Assembly (NCBI GenBank): GCA_945787155.1
Contig: CALZHD010000001.1
Location: 16,817 to 80,816 of the forward strand
Source: an uncultured Gammaproteobacteria bacterium
GTDB taxonomy: Bacteria > Pseudomonadota > Gammaproteobacteria > SZUA-140
Reading direction: 5' to 3'
DNA: 64,000 bases
Every line of letters begins with the position of its first letter. Within the stretch, counting starts at the first letter, position 1. The notes beneath the pieces were generated by a model. The model did not search any database. It was not told where the DNA came from and was given only the letters and a program-made list of their open reading frames with translations. Of the stretch, positions 26,838-36,323 are shown in pieces. A program made the translations under genes and the position numbers.

Positions 26838-27728
26838 CTATAGATGTTGTTGCAGCAGGTTGGCCTTGATTTCCATAATGTCGAAGGACTCTACCTTTTC
26901 AAACGCCTTTTCGCGCATGATGTTATCCAGCGTCATCACGACAGTGGCATCTTGTTGCCTGATCACCTTGCCACGAATCACCCGCGCCTCGGCACTCTCG
27001 GGCAGATCAAACGACAGCGTCACCATCGCCCCTTCTCGGTAGCTTGATGAACTATCGGCATCGTTGTAGATAATTCTGGCGGCGCGATCAGAGAAGTCGA
27101 CCATCGTACAACTAAGGGGTTCTTGATGGAGTTTGGCCTGAATCTGGCCGGGGATATCTGTCTTTAATCGAACATGACTGCGTTGTTCAAGCAGATTAAA
27201 CGCTGCGGGGTCGACATCGAGAATCGCCACCTGGTGCCCCACATAATGCCCTTCTTTCAGGATCATCTGTTTTCTGACCGTCATATCAATCACTGGAAGA
27301 CGACCGTCATTCTGCTCGCCCTTCAATGTAATATTATTACCCTTGATAAAGCCGCCATCCTTACCCAACAACTCCTTGCTTGCATAATCAAGCCCCTCTT
27401 CACCACGACTCACCGTCGGCATAATAAAACAGAAGCTCTCTATTTTCTTGAGCAAATCCCCCCTTAGGTAGACCCGCGTCTCACCATCCTCCTGCTGCCA
27501 GCTAATATCATTATTAGAATAAACAAGTTCGTTATTGACCGCATAGGCAATGATCGTGGTGTTGAGCGTCAGCTCCTGTTTGTACTCAGGGTAATAGCTA
27601 AGCTTATTACCAATCGGAAAGTAAGGAATCAACCGGGCCAGGCCATCCCTATCGAGTTCAGGCTTTGACAAGGGTTTTTCATCAGCGGTGGTCCGCTTTT
27701 TGGCAATCTTGTTAAATATTCCCAGCAT
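26838..27728 (-). CDS. PilZ-domain protein with extended N-terminal region
   Basis: C-terminal EQRSHVR (RxxxR) and DFSDRA (DxSxxG-like). Confidence 0.75.
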   Translation of the reverse strand: MLGIFNKIAKKRTTADEKPLSKPELDRDGLARLIPYFPIGNKLSYYPEYKQELTLNTTIIAYAVNNELVYSNNDISWQQEDGETRVYLRGDLLKKIESFCFIMPTVSRGEEGLDYASKELLGKDGGFIKGNNITLKGEQNDGRLPVIDMTVRKQMILKEGHYVGHQVAILDVDPAAFNLLEQRSHVRLKTDIPGQIQAKLHQEPLSCTMVDFSDRAARIIYNDADSSSSYREGAMVTLSFDLPESAEARVIRGKVIRQQDATVVMTLDNIMREKAFEKVESFDIMEIKANLLQQHL

Positions 27729-27865
27729 GGCAACGACTCTTCATTATTTAGGTATTTAGATAAAACTAACCGAGCGATTATTCTAACCCAATAGCGAGGA
27801 TAATCATATTGTGATATCGCATGCTAACTGTATGATTTAATTGTTTTACCTACTTAACCCGATAC

Positions 27866-29119
27866 CTAAATTGTCTGCCGAATACCCTCTGGCTGCCATG
27901 CGGGCGCAATCACATTGGGCATACGGGAACGCTTCATTAACCGCATCGGGGTCAATGTAAACTCACCATAACGGTCATTAACCTGATCCATCACCACATT
28001 GACCTCTCGGTGATGAGTCTCAATCTGCGATGAGAACAGTTCAATCTGGTGATTGGCGATACGCGGATTAAGCGCTGTAATCTGTACCTGATACACCCCT
28101 TCGTCATGCCAGTGGGTATTCAACATTTCGCGGCAGAGTTTCATAATCTCATGACCATCGCTAACGGCTATCTCCGACTGATACTTGCCACCAATCCAGC
28201 CAGACTTTGCACGCAAGCCAATGAAGAAACGTCCAGCCTGCATCTCATGGCGACGCAAGCGCGTCGCCAGCTTTTCACTCATGTGTAACAGGTAGGTCTC
28301 GATCACATCAATATCCGTGGTATTAGGCGGCATCACCTTGCCGTGGCCCATCGATTTAGGCGGCCGCAGATCAACACTCACCTTACTTGGGTCTTCACCC
28401 TGACACATATGCCAGATACGTCGTCCAAGATTGCCAAAACGACGCGCCAAAACGCTGATCGGTATCTGCTTCATCTCGCCACATTTACGCACACCGTATT
28501 GCGCGAGAAAATCGCCAATGCCTTTGGCGATACCACACAACTCAGTAACTGGCACATCTTGCAAACGCTGTTCCGCCTCCCACGGCGGGATGACAGTCAG
28601 GCCGTCTGGTTTTTCAAGTTTCGCAGCAAACTTGGCGGTCGTCTTGTCGCCACTGACACCTATCGAACAACGAATCCCCGAGGCCTCAAACACCTTATCC
28701 CTCACCATTCGCGCGATGCGTAACGGTGTACCGTGCAATTTTTGACAACGGGTAACATCAAGAAAGGCCTCATCGACCGAAAACACTTCGACATCGGGGG
28801 TAATATCGTGCAATGCACGCATGATATCTTGCGACACCCGCGCATAACGTTTGGGATCTGCCGGGCACTGAATCAAGTCAGGACAAAGACCTCTTGCCTC
28901 GCGCAGGCGCATCCCCGTACGCACACCGTAGGCACGTGCCTCATAAGAACAGGTAATGATACAAGTGCCCTGCTTGCCATTGGTAACCGCCACCGGCTTA
29001 CCTTGCCACTGCGGACGATCACGCTGTTCGATTGATGCAAAAAAGGCGTTCATATCGACCAGAATAATGGCACGCGGCCAAACCACTGGACTGCGATCTA
29101 TCACTTTATATTTATCCAT
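27866..29119 (-). CDS. dinB: Y-family DNA polymerase IV
   Basis: VDMNAFFASIE, CSYEARAYGV, FSVDEAFLD, KPDG, KSMGH. Confidence 0.9.
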   Translation of the reverse strand: MDKYKVIDRSPVVWPRAIILVDMNAFFASIEQRDRPQWQGKPVAVTNGKQGTCIITCSYEARAYGVRTGMRLREARGLCPDLIQCPADPKRYARVSQDIMRALHDITPDVEVFSVDEAFLDVTRCQKLHGTPLRIARMVRDKVFEASGIRCSIGVSGDKTTAKFAAKLEKPDGLTVIPPWEAEQRLQDVPVTELCGIAKGIGDFLAQYGVRKCGEMKQIPISVLARRFGNLGRRIWHMCQGEDPSKVSVDLRPPKSMGHGKVMPPNTTDIDVIETYLLHMSEKLATRLRRHEMQAGRFFIGLRAKSGWIGGKYQSEIAVSDGHEIMKLCREMLNTHWHDEGVYQVQITALNPRIANHQIELFSSQIETHHREVNVVMDQVNDRYGEFTLTPMRLMKRSRMPNVIAPAWQPEGIRQTI

Positions 29120-29193
29120 ACTGTCACTCTCTCATTTTTTGTCATGACATCTATTCCTTTTCCCTTGTATCTTTTCCCTTTTCCCTGCTTATT

Positions 29194-29793
29194 TCATACA
29201 TAGCTACGCATTTGCCCAACCAGCACCCCCTGAATACGCACCCGCTGCGCGGCATAAACAAAGGGCTGCATGGCGCTATTTTCTGGAATCAACTTAATGC
29301 GTCCATCATTCATATATTTCAGCCGCTTCAGTGTCGCTTCCTCGCCATCGATCAACGCCACCACGATCTCGCCACTGTTAGCCTGCTGACAATGGCGGAT
29401 CACCACCATATCGCCATCGAGGATACCTACGTCGATCATCGAATCTCCCACCACCTTAAGGATGAAACGGCCCGGGCCCATAAAGAAGTCCATCAGGTTA
29501 AGCTTGTCGTGCCCGGGGATCGCCTCGATGGGCAGACCTGCGGCAATCTTGCCAAGCAGTGGCAGGCTAGCGCTCGCCTCGTCTTCATCCTCGACCAGCT
29601 GCAAGCCGCGCCAGCCCGCGTGGTTACGCACGAGATGCCCTTTGTCGATCAGCCCCTGTACATAACGGTGAATCGTTCCCTTTGATGAAACACCCACCGC
29701 TTCGCCGATCTCGACCAACGTCGGTGCACCCTCATACTGTTCAATATGCTGTCGGATGGCTTCAAGAATGCGTTGTTCAAGTTCAGTCAACAT
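29194..29793 (-). CDS. lexA: LexA-family SOS repressor with non-E. coli-type recognition helix
   Basis: wHTH N-terminus, GKIAAG cleavage site, GDSM serine, ATLKR lysine; SD GGAG before ATG 29793. Confidence 0.9.
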   Translation of the reverse strand: MLTELEQRILEAIRQHIEQYEGAPTLVEIGEAVGVSSKGTIHRYVQGLIDKGHLVRNHAGWRGLQLVEDEDEASASLPLLGKIAAGLPIEAIPGHDKLNLMDFFMGPGRFILKVVGDSMIDVGILDGDMVVIRHCQQANSGEIVVALIDGEEATLKRLKYMNDGRIKLIPENSAMQPFVYAAQRVRIQGVLVGQMRSYV

Positions 29794-29830
29794 AGCTATT
29801 GCTCCAGCGCTAATTAATCTGTCTGGAGAT

Positions 29831-29859
29831 AGCATAGAGAACTTTTAGAGAACTTTCAA
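29831..29859 (-). promoter_or_regulatory. lexA sigma70 promoter with a GTTC-N7-GTTC SOS-box-like direct repeat in the spacer
   Basis: Minus strand TTGAAA-GTTCTCTAAAAGTTCTC-TATGCT (17-bp spacer); box at 29839-29853. Confidence 0.75.
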
Positions 29860-30027
29860 GTAGCGCAAAAAATTATTGACCTCAAAGATCAAAAGATGTC
29901 AATTCTTTGACCTTGTGCACTGATTAATAAGTGATTATTCTTGTGGCCTTGTTTTTTTGGACTGTTGTTTTTAACTGAAAACTCCTGATACATAACGACT
30001 ATAACGCTAACTAAAAAGGATTTTTCG

Positions 30028-31932
30028 ATGAAACCGATCTACATCATCGCCGCGGCTGTGATTACGAGCACTCTCGCCAGCTGCACCTACACCTCTCAGG
30101 GAGTAGTTGTCAGCAAAGACCGCTACGCCGAGGCATTACAAAAAGATCACTTTGGCGACTCCGCCGAGAAGACTGTCTACCTCGATCAGAACTGGGATCG
30201 CTGGGACAGCCTGTGGTTTTACAACACCACCCAGGGCTCCAACTTTCTCCCCTACGACATCTTTGTTAATCTGGAACAGAAGGATGGTCAGGTGCTGTTT
30301 AAAGATAGCGGAAACATGAGCAAGTATCGTTATCTGACGCAACGTGACAGTTGGGACAATCCTGATGGCCTGCCGGTCGGCTTTGTAAAAGACTCCTATC
30401 AGGGCAACGACTACATCGGCTTCACCTGCGCCGCCTGCCACACCGGCCAGATCAACTACAAAGGGACGGGGATCCGTATCGACGGCGGCCCTGCACTGGC
30501 CGATATGGACGGCATGCTACTGGCCCTTGAAGCGGCACTGCTCGCCACGCAGAATGATGAAGAGAAATTCCAACGCATGGCGACACGCGTCTCCAACGAT
30601 CATGAAGTAGTGCGTCAAGACCTGATCGCAACCACTGAGCGACTAGCACTCTACAACAAGGTCAATCGCCCAACTAACGGTAGCCATACTGTAAACTACG
30701 GCTATGGCCGCCTCGACGCCTTTGGCCGCATCTACAACCGCGTACTGGGCCATTTAACTCCGGGCGATGAAATCAACAACTTTAACCCACCCAACGCACC
30801 GGTTAGCTACCCTTACCTGTGGGACACGCCACAACACGACTTTGTACAATGGAATGGCGTTGCCGACAACAACGATGGCTCTCTGGCTGGATTTCTTGGG
30901 CCATTGGGGCGCAACACTGGCGAAGTGCTCGGCGTATTTGCCACCTTCAGCCTCGAAAAACAGAAAAAACACCTGGGGTATAAGGCCTCCGCCGACAAAC
31001 GCAATCTGGTGCGCCTTGAAAAACACCTGGTTGAGCTGGAATCACCGCTATGGCCGGAAGATATTTTGCCCAAGATCGATCGCCAACTGGCACATGAAGG
31101 CGAAGCGGTATACAAGGCCTATAAGTGTCAACTGTGTCACAGCGATGATGATGAGTTCATTCGCAACAACCCCAAACGTCTTGTCACCGCACAGTTTGCC
31201 AGCGTCGATATCATCGGTACCGATAAACAGATGGCAAGTAATGCGATCGAATATAAAGGCAAGACAGGCCTCTTTAACGGTGAAATTATCGGCCTGGACC
31301 CAAGAGAGAAGTTCGGCGAAGAGACCCCGGTAGTGACGGCACTGACAAAAGCGGCGCAAGGGGTGATCATTGCGCGCGATCCCGACAAGTCATGGCTGCG
31401 CGGACGCGCCGAGTGGCTTTACGACATCGTCATTGCACTGTTCGACAACCCGGTTAAAAAGTCTGAACGACATGTCGACTTTGAAATCAATGATGCGTTT
31501 CCCAGCAGCCTCAACGCCTATAAAGCACGGCCACTCAATGGCATCTGGGCCACCGCCCCATATCTGCATAACGGCTCAGTACCCAGTCTCTACGAGATGC
31601 TGCTACCGAGCTGTAGCGATGCAGAGATCGCGGCCGGCAATCCGTGCCGTCCCAACCGCTTCACTGTGGCCAGCCGCGAGATGGACCCAAAGAAGGTTGG
31701 CCTTGAGCAACGTGATATCAGCGAATACCCCTCCATATTTGAATTCGACACATCGCTACCGGGCAATAGCAATGCTGGGCACGAATATGCGGTAGGCAAG
31801 ACAGTGGTCATTAAAGTAGACGCCGATGGACGTGCGATTCGCAACGCCGACGGTTCATTTGCAACGGAGACCCTGCCTCCTATTAACGATGAACAACGTT
31901 GGGCGCTAGTGGAGTATTTGAAGACACTATAA
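30028..31932 (+). CDS. RoxA-like / di-heme cytochrome c peroxidase-superfamily lipoprotein
   Basis: Lipobox TLASC; two CxxCH (CAACH, CQLCH); GRLDAFG, YKARPLNGIWATAPYLHNGSVP, GNSNAGHEY, LVEYLKTL. Confidence 0.8.
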   Translation: MKPIYIIAAAVITSTLASCTYTSQGVVVSKDRYAEALQKDHFGDSAEKTVYLDQNWDRWDSLWFYNTTQGSNFLPYDIFVNLEQKDGQVLFKDSGNMSKYRYLTQRDSWDNPDGLPVGFVKDSYQGNDYIGFTCAACHTGQINYKGTGIRIDGGPALADMDGMLLALEAALLATQNDEEKFQRMATRVSNDHEVVRQDLIATTERLALYNKVNRPTNGSHTVNYGYGRLDAFGRIYNRVLGHLTPGDEINNFNPPNAPVSYPYLWDTPQHDFVQWNGVADNNDGSLAGFLGPLGRNTGEVLGVFATFSLEKQKKHLGYKASADKRNLVRLEKHLVELESPLWPEDILPKIDRQLAHEGEAVYKAYKCQLCHSDDDEFIRNNPKRLVTAQFASVDIIGTDKQMASNAIEYKGKTGLFNGEIIGLDPREKFGEETPVVTALTKAAQGVIIARDPDKSWLRGRAEWLYDIVIALFDNPVKKSERHVDFEINDAFPSSLNAYKARPLNGIWATAPYLHNGSVPSLYEMLLPSCSDAEIAAGNPCRPNRFTVASREMDPKKVGLEQRDISEYPSIFEFDTSLPGNSNAGHEYAVGKTVVIKVDADGRAIRNADGSFATETLPPINDEQRWALVEYLKTL

Positions 31933-31954
31933 ACATTAGCAACAAAGCGGTAAC

Positions 31955-31986
31955 AAAAAAGGCTTTGTGGAAACACAAGGCCTTTT
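31955..31986. terminator. Bidirectional intrinsic terminator between the di-heme protein and P450 genes
   Basis: AAAAAA-GGCTTTGTG-GAAA-CACAAGGCC-TTTT. Confidence 0.8.
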
Positions 31987-32022
31987 CATTAACTGCATAC
32001 CACGCGTATTGGAAATACGCTA

Positions 32023-33327
32023 TTACGATCGCCATTTAAGTAAATAGTGCTCTGGCACCGCGCCACCGTTTTTATCGATCGGCCCCAACGCCTGAATCTC
32101 AGGACGTAATAACACTTGCTTCACCATCTCCGGAATCATCACTCTGCCGACCTCTTTCCCCATGCATTCATGAGAACCAAAACCAAAATGGAAGCTGTTG
32201 CCATAGGGGCGCGCTGGATTAAAGGTTTCAGGATCATCAAAGGCGGCGGGATCGAACATCGCCGACAGCATCAACGGCATAATGGTTGTGCCTTTAGTAA
32301 TTAAGGTCTCACGCTCCGTTCCACTTGCAACGGTGTAGTCTTCGGCAGCAGTACGGAACATATATTTAAAGGCTGGGTTGAAACGCAGTGCCTCCCACAC
32401 AATCGGATCGAAGGCCTCATTGTTCCCCTCCTTCGCGGCCGCCACTGCCAATGACAATATTTCAGGGCGATCCAGTATACCCTGCACCGCCTGACTCACC
32501 GCCATCGATGTTGTCTCCACCGCACCAATCAACAGACCACCGACATTGATCCCCTGGCGAAAAACATTGAAATTAGACTCTTTGGGATAATCCGCCTGCA
32601 AAATTCGATAGACCACGTCGTCCTTCGATTTCCCCAGCTTATTCATAATCCATTTGCGTACGATTAACAGACCAACATAGAAACCGAGCCAGCGATTAGC
32701 ACTTTCTCGTTTTTTGATAATCTCATCAGGATTCGGTTCATCGTGGAAAAACTGATTATGAAATGAGTCGTACTGATTCCAGTAGGACCACTTAATCAAA
32801 TGCTTTGGATTGATGCCATCGAGACCAAAATGCGTCTGCACCATCGCCGTCGGTACACTGCGCGCATAGTCTGGCACCAGGTCAATCGCACCGTTCGCGC
32901 TATCCAGCGTCTCTTTTGCTTTAGCCGCGATGAACTCACGGATGCGCGGCAAGTCCTCGCGTTTGAGCAGTGACAACATGATCGCCTTCTCGTTATTGTG
33001 CATCGGCGTATCATCTTCCGCCATCAGATAGTCACCCATCTTGGGCTTGTAAAGTGCAACCGTAAAAGTGCGCGGAATACTAACCACTTCGTTAAAGTCA
33101 TCAAAACGGGCAATCAAGGTACAGACCGGCGTCTTCAGTATCGGACGCTGCTCACGCAGTTCCTTGAAAAAAGCGATCGGATAATCATTAATCCAGCGAC
33201 GCACCAGCGGCCACTGCTCCGCCTCTGGTGTACGATCAAAACGCTCAAGAAAACGGCCTGCTTGCGCAGCTTCGTCGCCAACATCATTATGGATCTTTTC
33301 TGCAAGTGCTTCTTCTATTGCATTCAT
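32023..33327 (-). CDS. Cytochrome P450
   Basis: I-helix GAVETT, K-helix EALR, FNPAR, heme motif FGFGSHECMG. Confidence 0.9.
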   Translation of the reverse strand: MNAIEEALAEKIHNDVGDEAAQAGRFLERFDRTPEAEQWPLVRRWINDYPIAFFKELREQRPILKTPVCTLIARFDDFNEVVSIPRTFTVALYKPKMGDYLMAEDDTPMHNNEKAIMLSLLKREDLPRIREFIAAKAKETLDSANGAIDLVPDYARSVPTAMVQTHFGLDGINPKHLIKWSYWNQYDSFHNQFFHDEPNPDEIIKKRESANRWLGFYVGLLIVRKWIMNKLGKSKDDVVYRILQADYPKESNFNVFRQGINVGGLLIGAVETTSMAVSQAVQGILDRPEILSLAVAAAKEGNNEAFDPIVWEALRFNPAFKYMFRTAAEDYTVASGTERETLITKGTTIMPLMLSAMFDPAAFDDPETFNPARPYGNSFHFGFGSHECMGKEVGRVMIPEMVKQVLLRPEIQALGPIDKNGGAVPEHYLLKWRS

Positions 33328-33592
33328 GGCCGCCCCCTTAAGATTATCTGAATCTAATGATACCGACGACTATTCATAATAGTCGCGCGAGTGACAGGCA
33401 ACAAAATCCCACCTATCATACCGTTTATTCAAGTGTAGTGTCGTGAGATTATCTTTAATCTCATCGACATTGTCCATGCCAACAGATCGTTGACATATGA
33501 TGCTCAAATCAGGTTCGCCGTGCCTCATTTTAACTGCCTACTTTACGTATAGTGAAAAGCAAGATGCACAATGAATTAATTCAGAGGCAAAC

Positions 33593-33808
33593 ATGAGTGG
33601 ATTGCAGGGATTATTGGATGAGATACGCGAGCTTGAAATGCGTGTACCACAGAGATCAACCGCGAGGACGAGGCACTTGATTATACAATCAAACGGGGAC
33701 ATGCTCACTTTTGCCCATTCCCGTTATCATAAATTTACAGCCTATGGGGATGCTGAGCATTGCCAAAAACGACTGGAGGAACTACGCAAGGCCTTCAAAG
33801 ATAAATAG
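33593..33808 (+). pseudogene. Probable remnant of a roughly 200-aa conserved hypothetical protein (frameshift plus internal deletion)
   Basis: N-terminus LLDEIRELE and C-terminus HSRYHKFTAYGDAEH..RLEELR resemble the two ends of a longer family (from recall); a shifted frame after about 33647 reads TEINREDEALDYTIKRGHAHF. Confidence 0.5.
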
Positions 33809-33895
33809 CTAAACGACCCTGCCCTGAAAAAAATCTAAACTAATTTGACTCTATGCCGCCAATACCAGAAAGCATGGATAGGGGGACAGATTTTT

Positions 33896-34102
33896 ATGGC
33901 ATCCAGCAAAAACACCAGCGCCAAATCTGGTCAAGGCACCCAATGTGGCCAATGCATCCATTGGAAAGTCACCAGAAACCCACTCGGGGCATGCAGCGTC
34001 AGCCCAGAATATCAAACCACAATAGGCCGTTATGCTAAAGCATGTGGTGTCTTTGAAGAAGAAACAATAAAAAGACCGCCACCACGAAGGAATACCCACT
34101 GA
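33896..34102 (+). CDS. Small four-cysteine protein (C-x2-C-x12-C-x16-C; HiPIP-like or Zn-binding)
   Basis: 68 aa after a GGGGA SD; CGQCIHW...GAC...ACGVF. Confidence 0.55.
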   Translation: MASSKNTSAKSGQGTQCGQCIHWKVTRNPLGACSVSPEYQTTIGRYAKACGVFEEETIKRPPPRRNTH

Positions 34103-34281
34103 TCTATTACAAGCACTGATCCTGCTTCAATTTGGCACAAGCCCAGTACGATTCGCCATGTTGTGACGATAGTACATGCCTCATGGAATTCTTATCTTAA
34201 TTAACCCGCTAATCCTGTTTCGAGATCACGCTTGAACTAACAGCTCCAACCATCTCAATAACCATCAAAAAAGCACGGCGG

Positions 34282-36087
34282 TCACGACCTGGTCTTAGCC
34301 TTACGATTCATTCCCAACGCTGGCCTGTCGACTTCCTCAAAAGAGAACTGATTGTAGGAAGCACTATTGTTGAGTAACGTCTTCAGCGCCAGGTATTTCA
34401 CTTCACCTTCAACCACAACGCTTAGAATTGTATTGTGACTATAAACGGCAGCGGGCACAATCACACTCGCGCTGTAACCCTCTTCAGCCGGGATCATGAT
34501 CGCTCTAAAATACTCACCATTTTCTCCGACGCCTTTTAGCCCCTTGGTTGCGATGGTTACCGCACGGCCTGAGAGAATCTGTACACCACAGCGGATATCG
34601 TTATTGGACAACATTACCAGCCAGCGAACAATACCGGCCTCCCATCGACCATCTTCATGGTTGACCGCTACCGTCACCACATTCCCCACCGCAAGCGATA
34701 CATTGATCTGATCTCTATCACATACAATCGCCATGCCCCCCGGACTGATATCGACCTGAATACAATCAGTGGCTGTCAGTGGAGCTGACTCCCGCTGCTG
34801 ACGACCTATCTCTGCCATCTTTCTGGAATAGATCTTTTCCCATGCATCACCCTTTGTTTTATCATCAAACTGTGAAATGCGGTTACCTTTAGTATTGGAT
34901 GCTGCACGCGCTTCTATCTCTTCCCGCACCCACGGGCTATCATCTTCTGGCACTAGTGAAAGGTTATCCAGTGGGCCGGTCTCTAACTTCTTCAAGTCAA
35001 AATCATGATGAAGTTCATCATACTCGGGATTAAAAGAGGCGTCGCCACTCAGTACGCGATGACAGTCGTGTAACCCCGAGATCAGCTTCATCGGAGTTTT
35101 GATGGGTTCACGCACAGCTCCTCGCTCACCTCGTGCGCCCCAGGTACGACGCAGCCGAATATACATCGCCTGGCGAGCCCGGACGCTGAGCATATTGCAG
35201 CCCTTCTGTCCCTCTTCAGCCAGTACCTCTATCTGCTCGTCCATATAAGTCAGCAGACGGGAGATATCAAAAACTCGCCCATTGTGAAATTTGAGCGATT
35301 TTTCGGAGAATATATGATTCGCAGGGGCATCTATCCCAAGATCAACGACAACACCTTCGCGGAAGGCCTCATCAGGATGCGATAACGAAGTCAACCTTGA
35401 CCACTCGGTAAGCTGCTTATAAACCGACTCAGCCTCACCCATCATCAGCCGTGACAGGTCGGCCAGTGACAACAGCAATATCTTTTTATAGAGTTCATTG
35501 ATTGATGTAGAGGCCTCCCCCTGCGCAGCGCTGCCACTGATCGCAATATCAAGCACCCCCATCTGCTCAGAGATAGTATAGAGTTTATGAATATCCTGCC
35601 AGGTACCCTCTTCTGGTGTACGGTAAATCAGAAAACGCTCGATCAGCTCCAGAGACATATAATGCAGCGCCTTGACGATCGAAAAAAAGAGCGCCTGCTT
35701 ATGCTTGGCAAGCAACTCCTTGTCTGCTACCAGATCATTGATTATGATCTTGTGACTGATCGCACATTCGGCAAGCAGTTGCTGCGGTCGCTGTTTCGAC
35801 TCGAGTTTTTTCTCTGAAAGCGGCAAAGAGTCACTATCAAAGCTACGCGGGACAATATCGTGAAGTTTATCAACACGATCCGATAGCAACGTTACCGCCT
35901 TGATGCGCGCTTTTACATCGATCTGATGGCAATTAATATGGTGCAATGCGTTCGTCACCTGTTCACAGCTGTGAGCATAGTCCATCAGTGGTAACGCCTC
36001 AATCCACGCCCGAAGAGCAGGCTCACGAATATCGATTTCAGTCGGTGCAGAATCCGCTCGTAAGGGGGTGTTCAACATCATATTCAT
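34282..36087 (-). CDS. FimW-like c-di-GMP receptor (helical N-terminus plus PilZ-like C-terminus)
   Basis: 601 aa; WIEALPL, TWQDIHKLY, YKKILLL, RGAVR, DISPGG, GIVRW. Confidence 0.6.
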   Translation of the reverse strand: MNMMLNTPLRADSAPTEIDIREPALRAWIEALPLMDYAHSCEQVTNALHHINCHQIDVKARIKAVTLLSDRVDKLHDIVPRSFDSDSLPLSEKKLESKQRPQQLLAECAISHKIIINDLVADKELLAKHKQALFFSIVKALHYMSLELIERFLIYRTPEEGTWQDIHKLYTISEQMGVLDIAISGSAAQGEASTSINELYKKILLLSLADLSRLMMGEAESVYKQLTEWSRLTSLSHPDEAFREGVVVDLGIDAPANHIFSEKSLKFHNGRVFDISRLLTYMDEQIEVLAEEGQKGCNMLSVRARQAMYIRLRRTWGARGERGAVREPIKTPMKLISGLHDCHRVLSGDASFNPEYDELHHDFDLKKLETGPLDNLSLVPEDDSPWVREEIEARAASNTKGNRISQFDDKTKGDAWEKIYSRKMAEIGRQQRESAPLTATDCIQVDISPGGMAIVCDRDQINVSLAVGNVVTVAVNHEDGRWEAGIVRWLVMLSNNDIRCGVQILSGRAVTIATKGLKGVGENGEYFRAIMIPAEEGYSASVIVPAAVYSHNTILSVVVEGEVKYLALKTLLNNSASYNQFSFEEVDRPALGMNRKAKTRS

Positions 36088-36323
36088 ACATAACTCACGA
36101 ATTTATTGAGTAGTGGCTTACATAAAAATGCCCTTTCTATCCACTTTTAGCGGCATCACCCCCTATGAACTTAAGCGAAAGTAGGTTGCTATCCTGAACT
36201 CAAACAAAAACTCGGCTGATCTCTCTCCACCCTCTGCCGCCTCTCTAAAGGCGCCTGCCACAGCCCGTTTGTTCAGGTATAATACTGGCCATTCAATCAG
36301 ATACGTGGCAAAGTGAGGATTTC

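Noticed and set aside
27814..27840. Sigma28-like TAAA-N14-TGCGATAT upstream of the PilZ gene
   Set aside because: Wrong spacing and weak -10 match
29151..29190. Polypyrimidine stretch with TTTTCCCT repeats between lexA and dinB
   Set aside because: Short and low complexity; no structure or known motif
29802..29828. CTCCAG...CTGGAG inverted repeat that could sequester the lexA SD
   Set aside because: Only 6 bp, and one arm overlaps the predicted start site so may not be fully transcribed
29876..29892. TTGAC-N7-ATCAA as an FNR box
   Set aside because: FNR requires TTGAT-N4-ATCAA
36147..36174. Sigma28-like TTAA-N16-GCCGCTAA upstream of the FimW-like gene
   Set aside because: Spacer is one base too long and both boxes have mismatches
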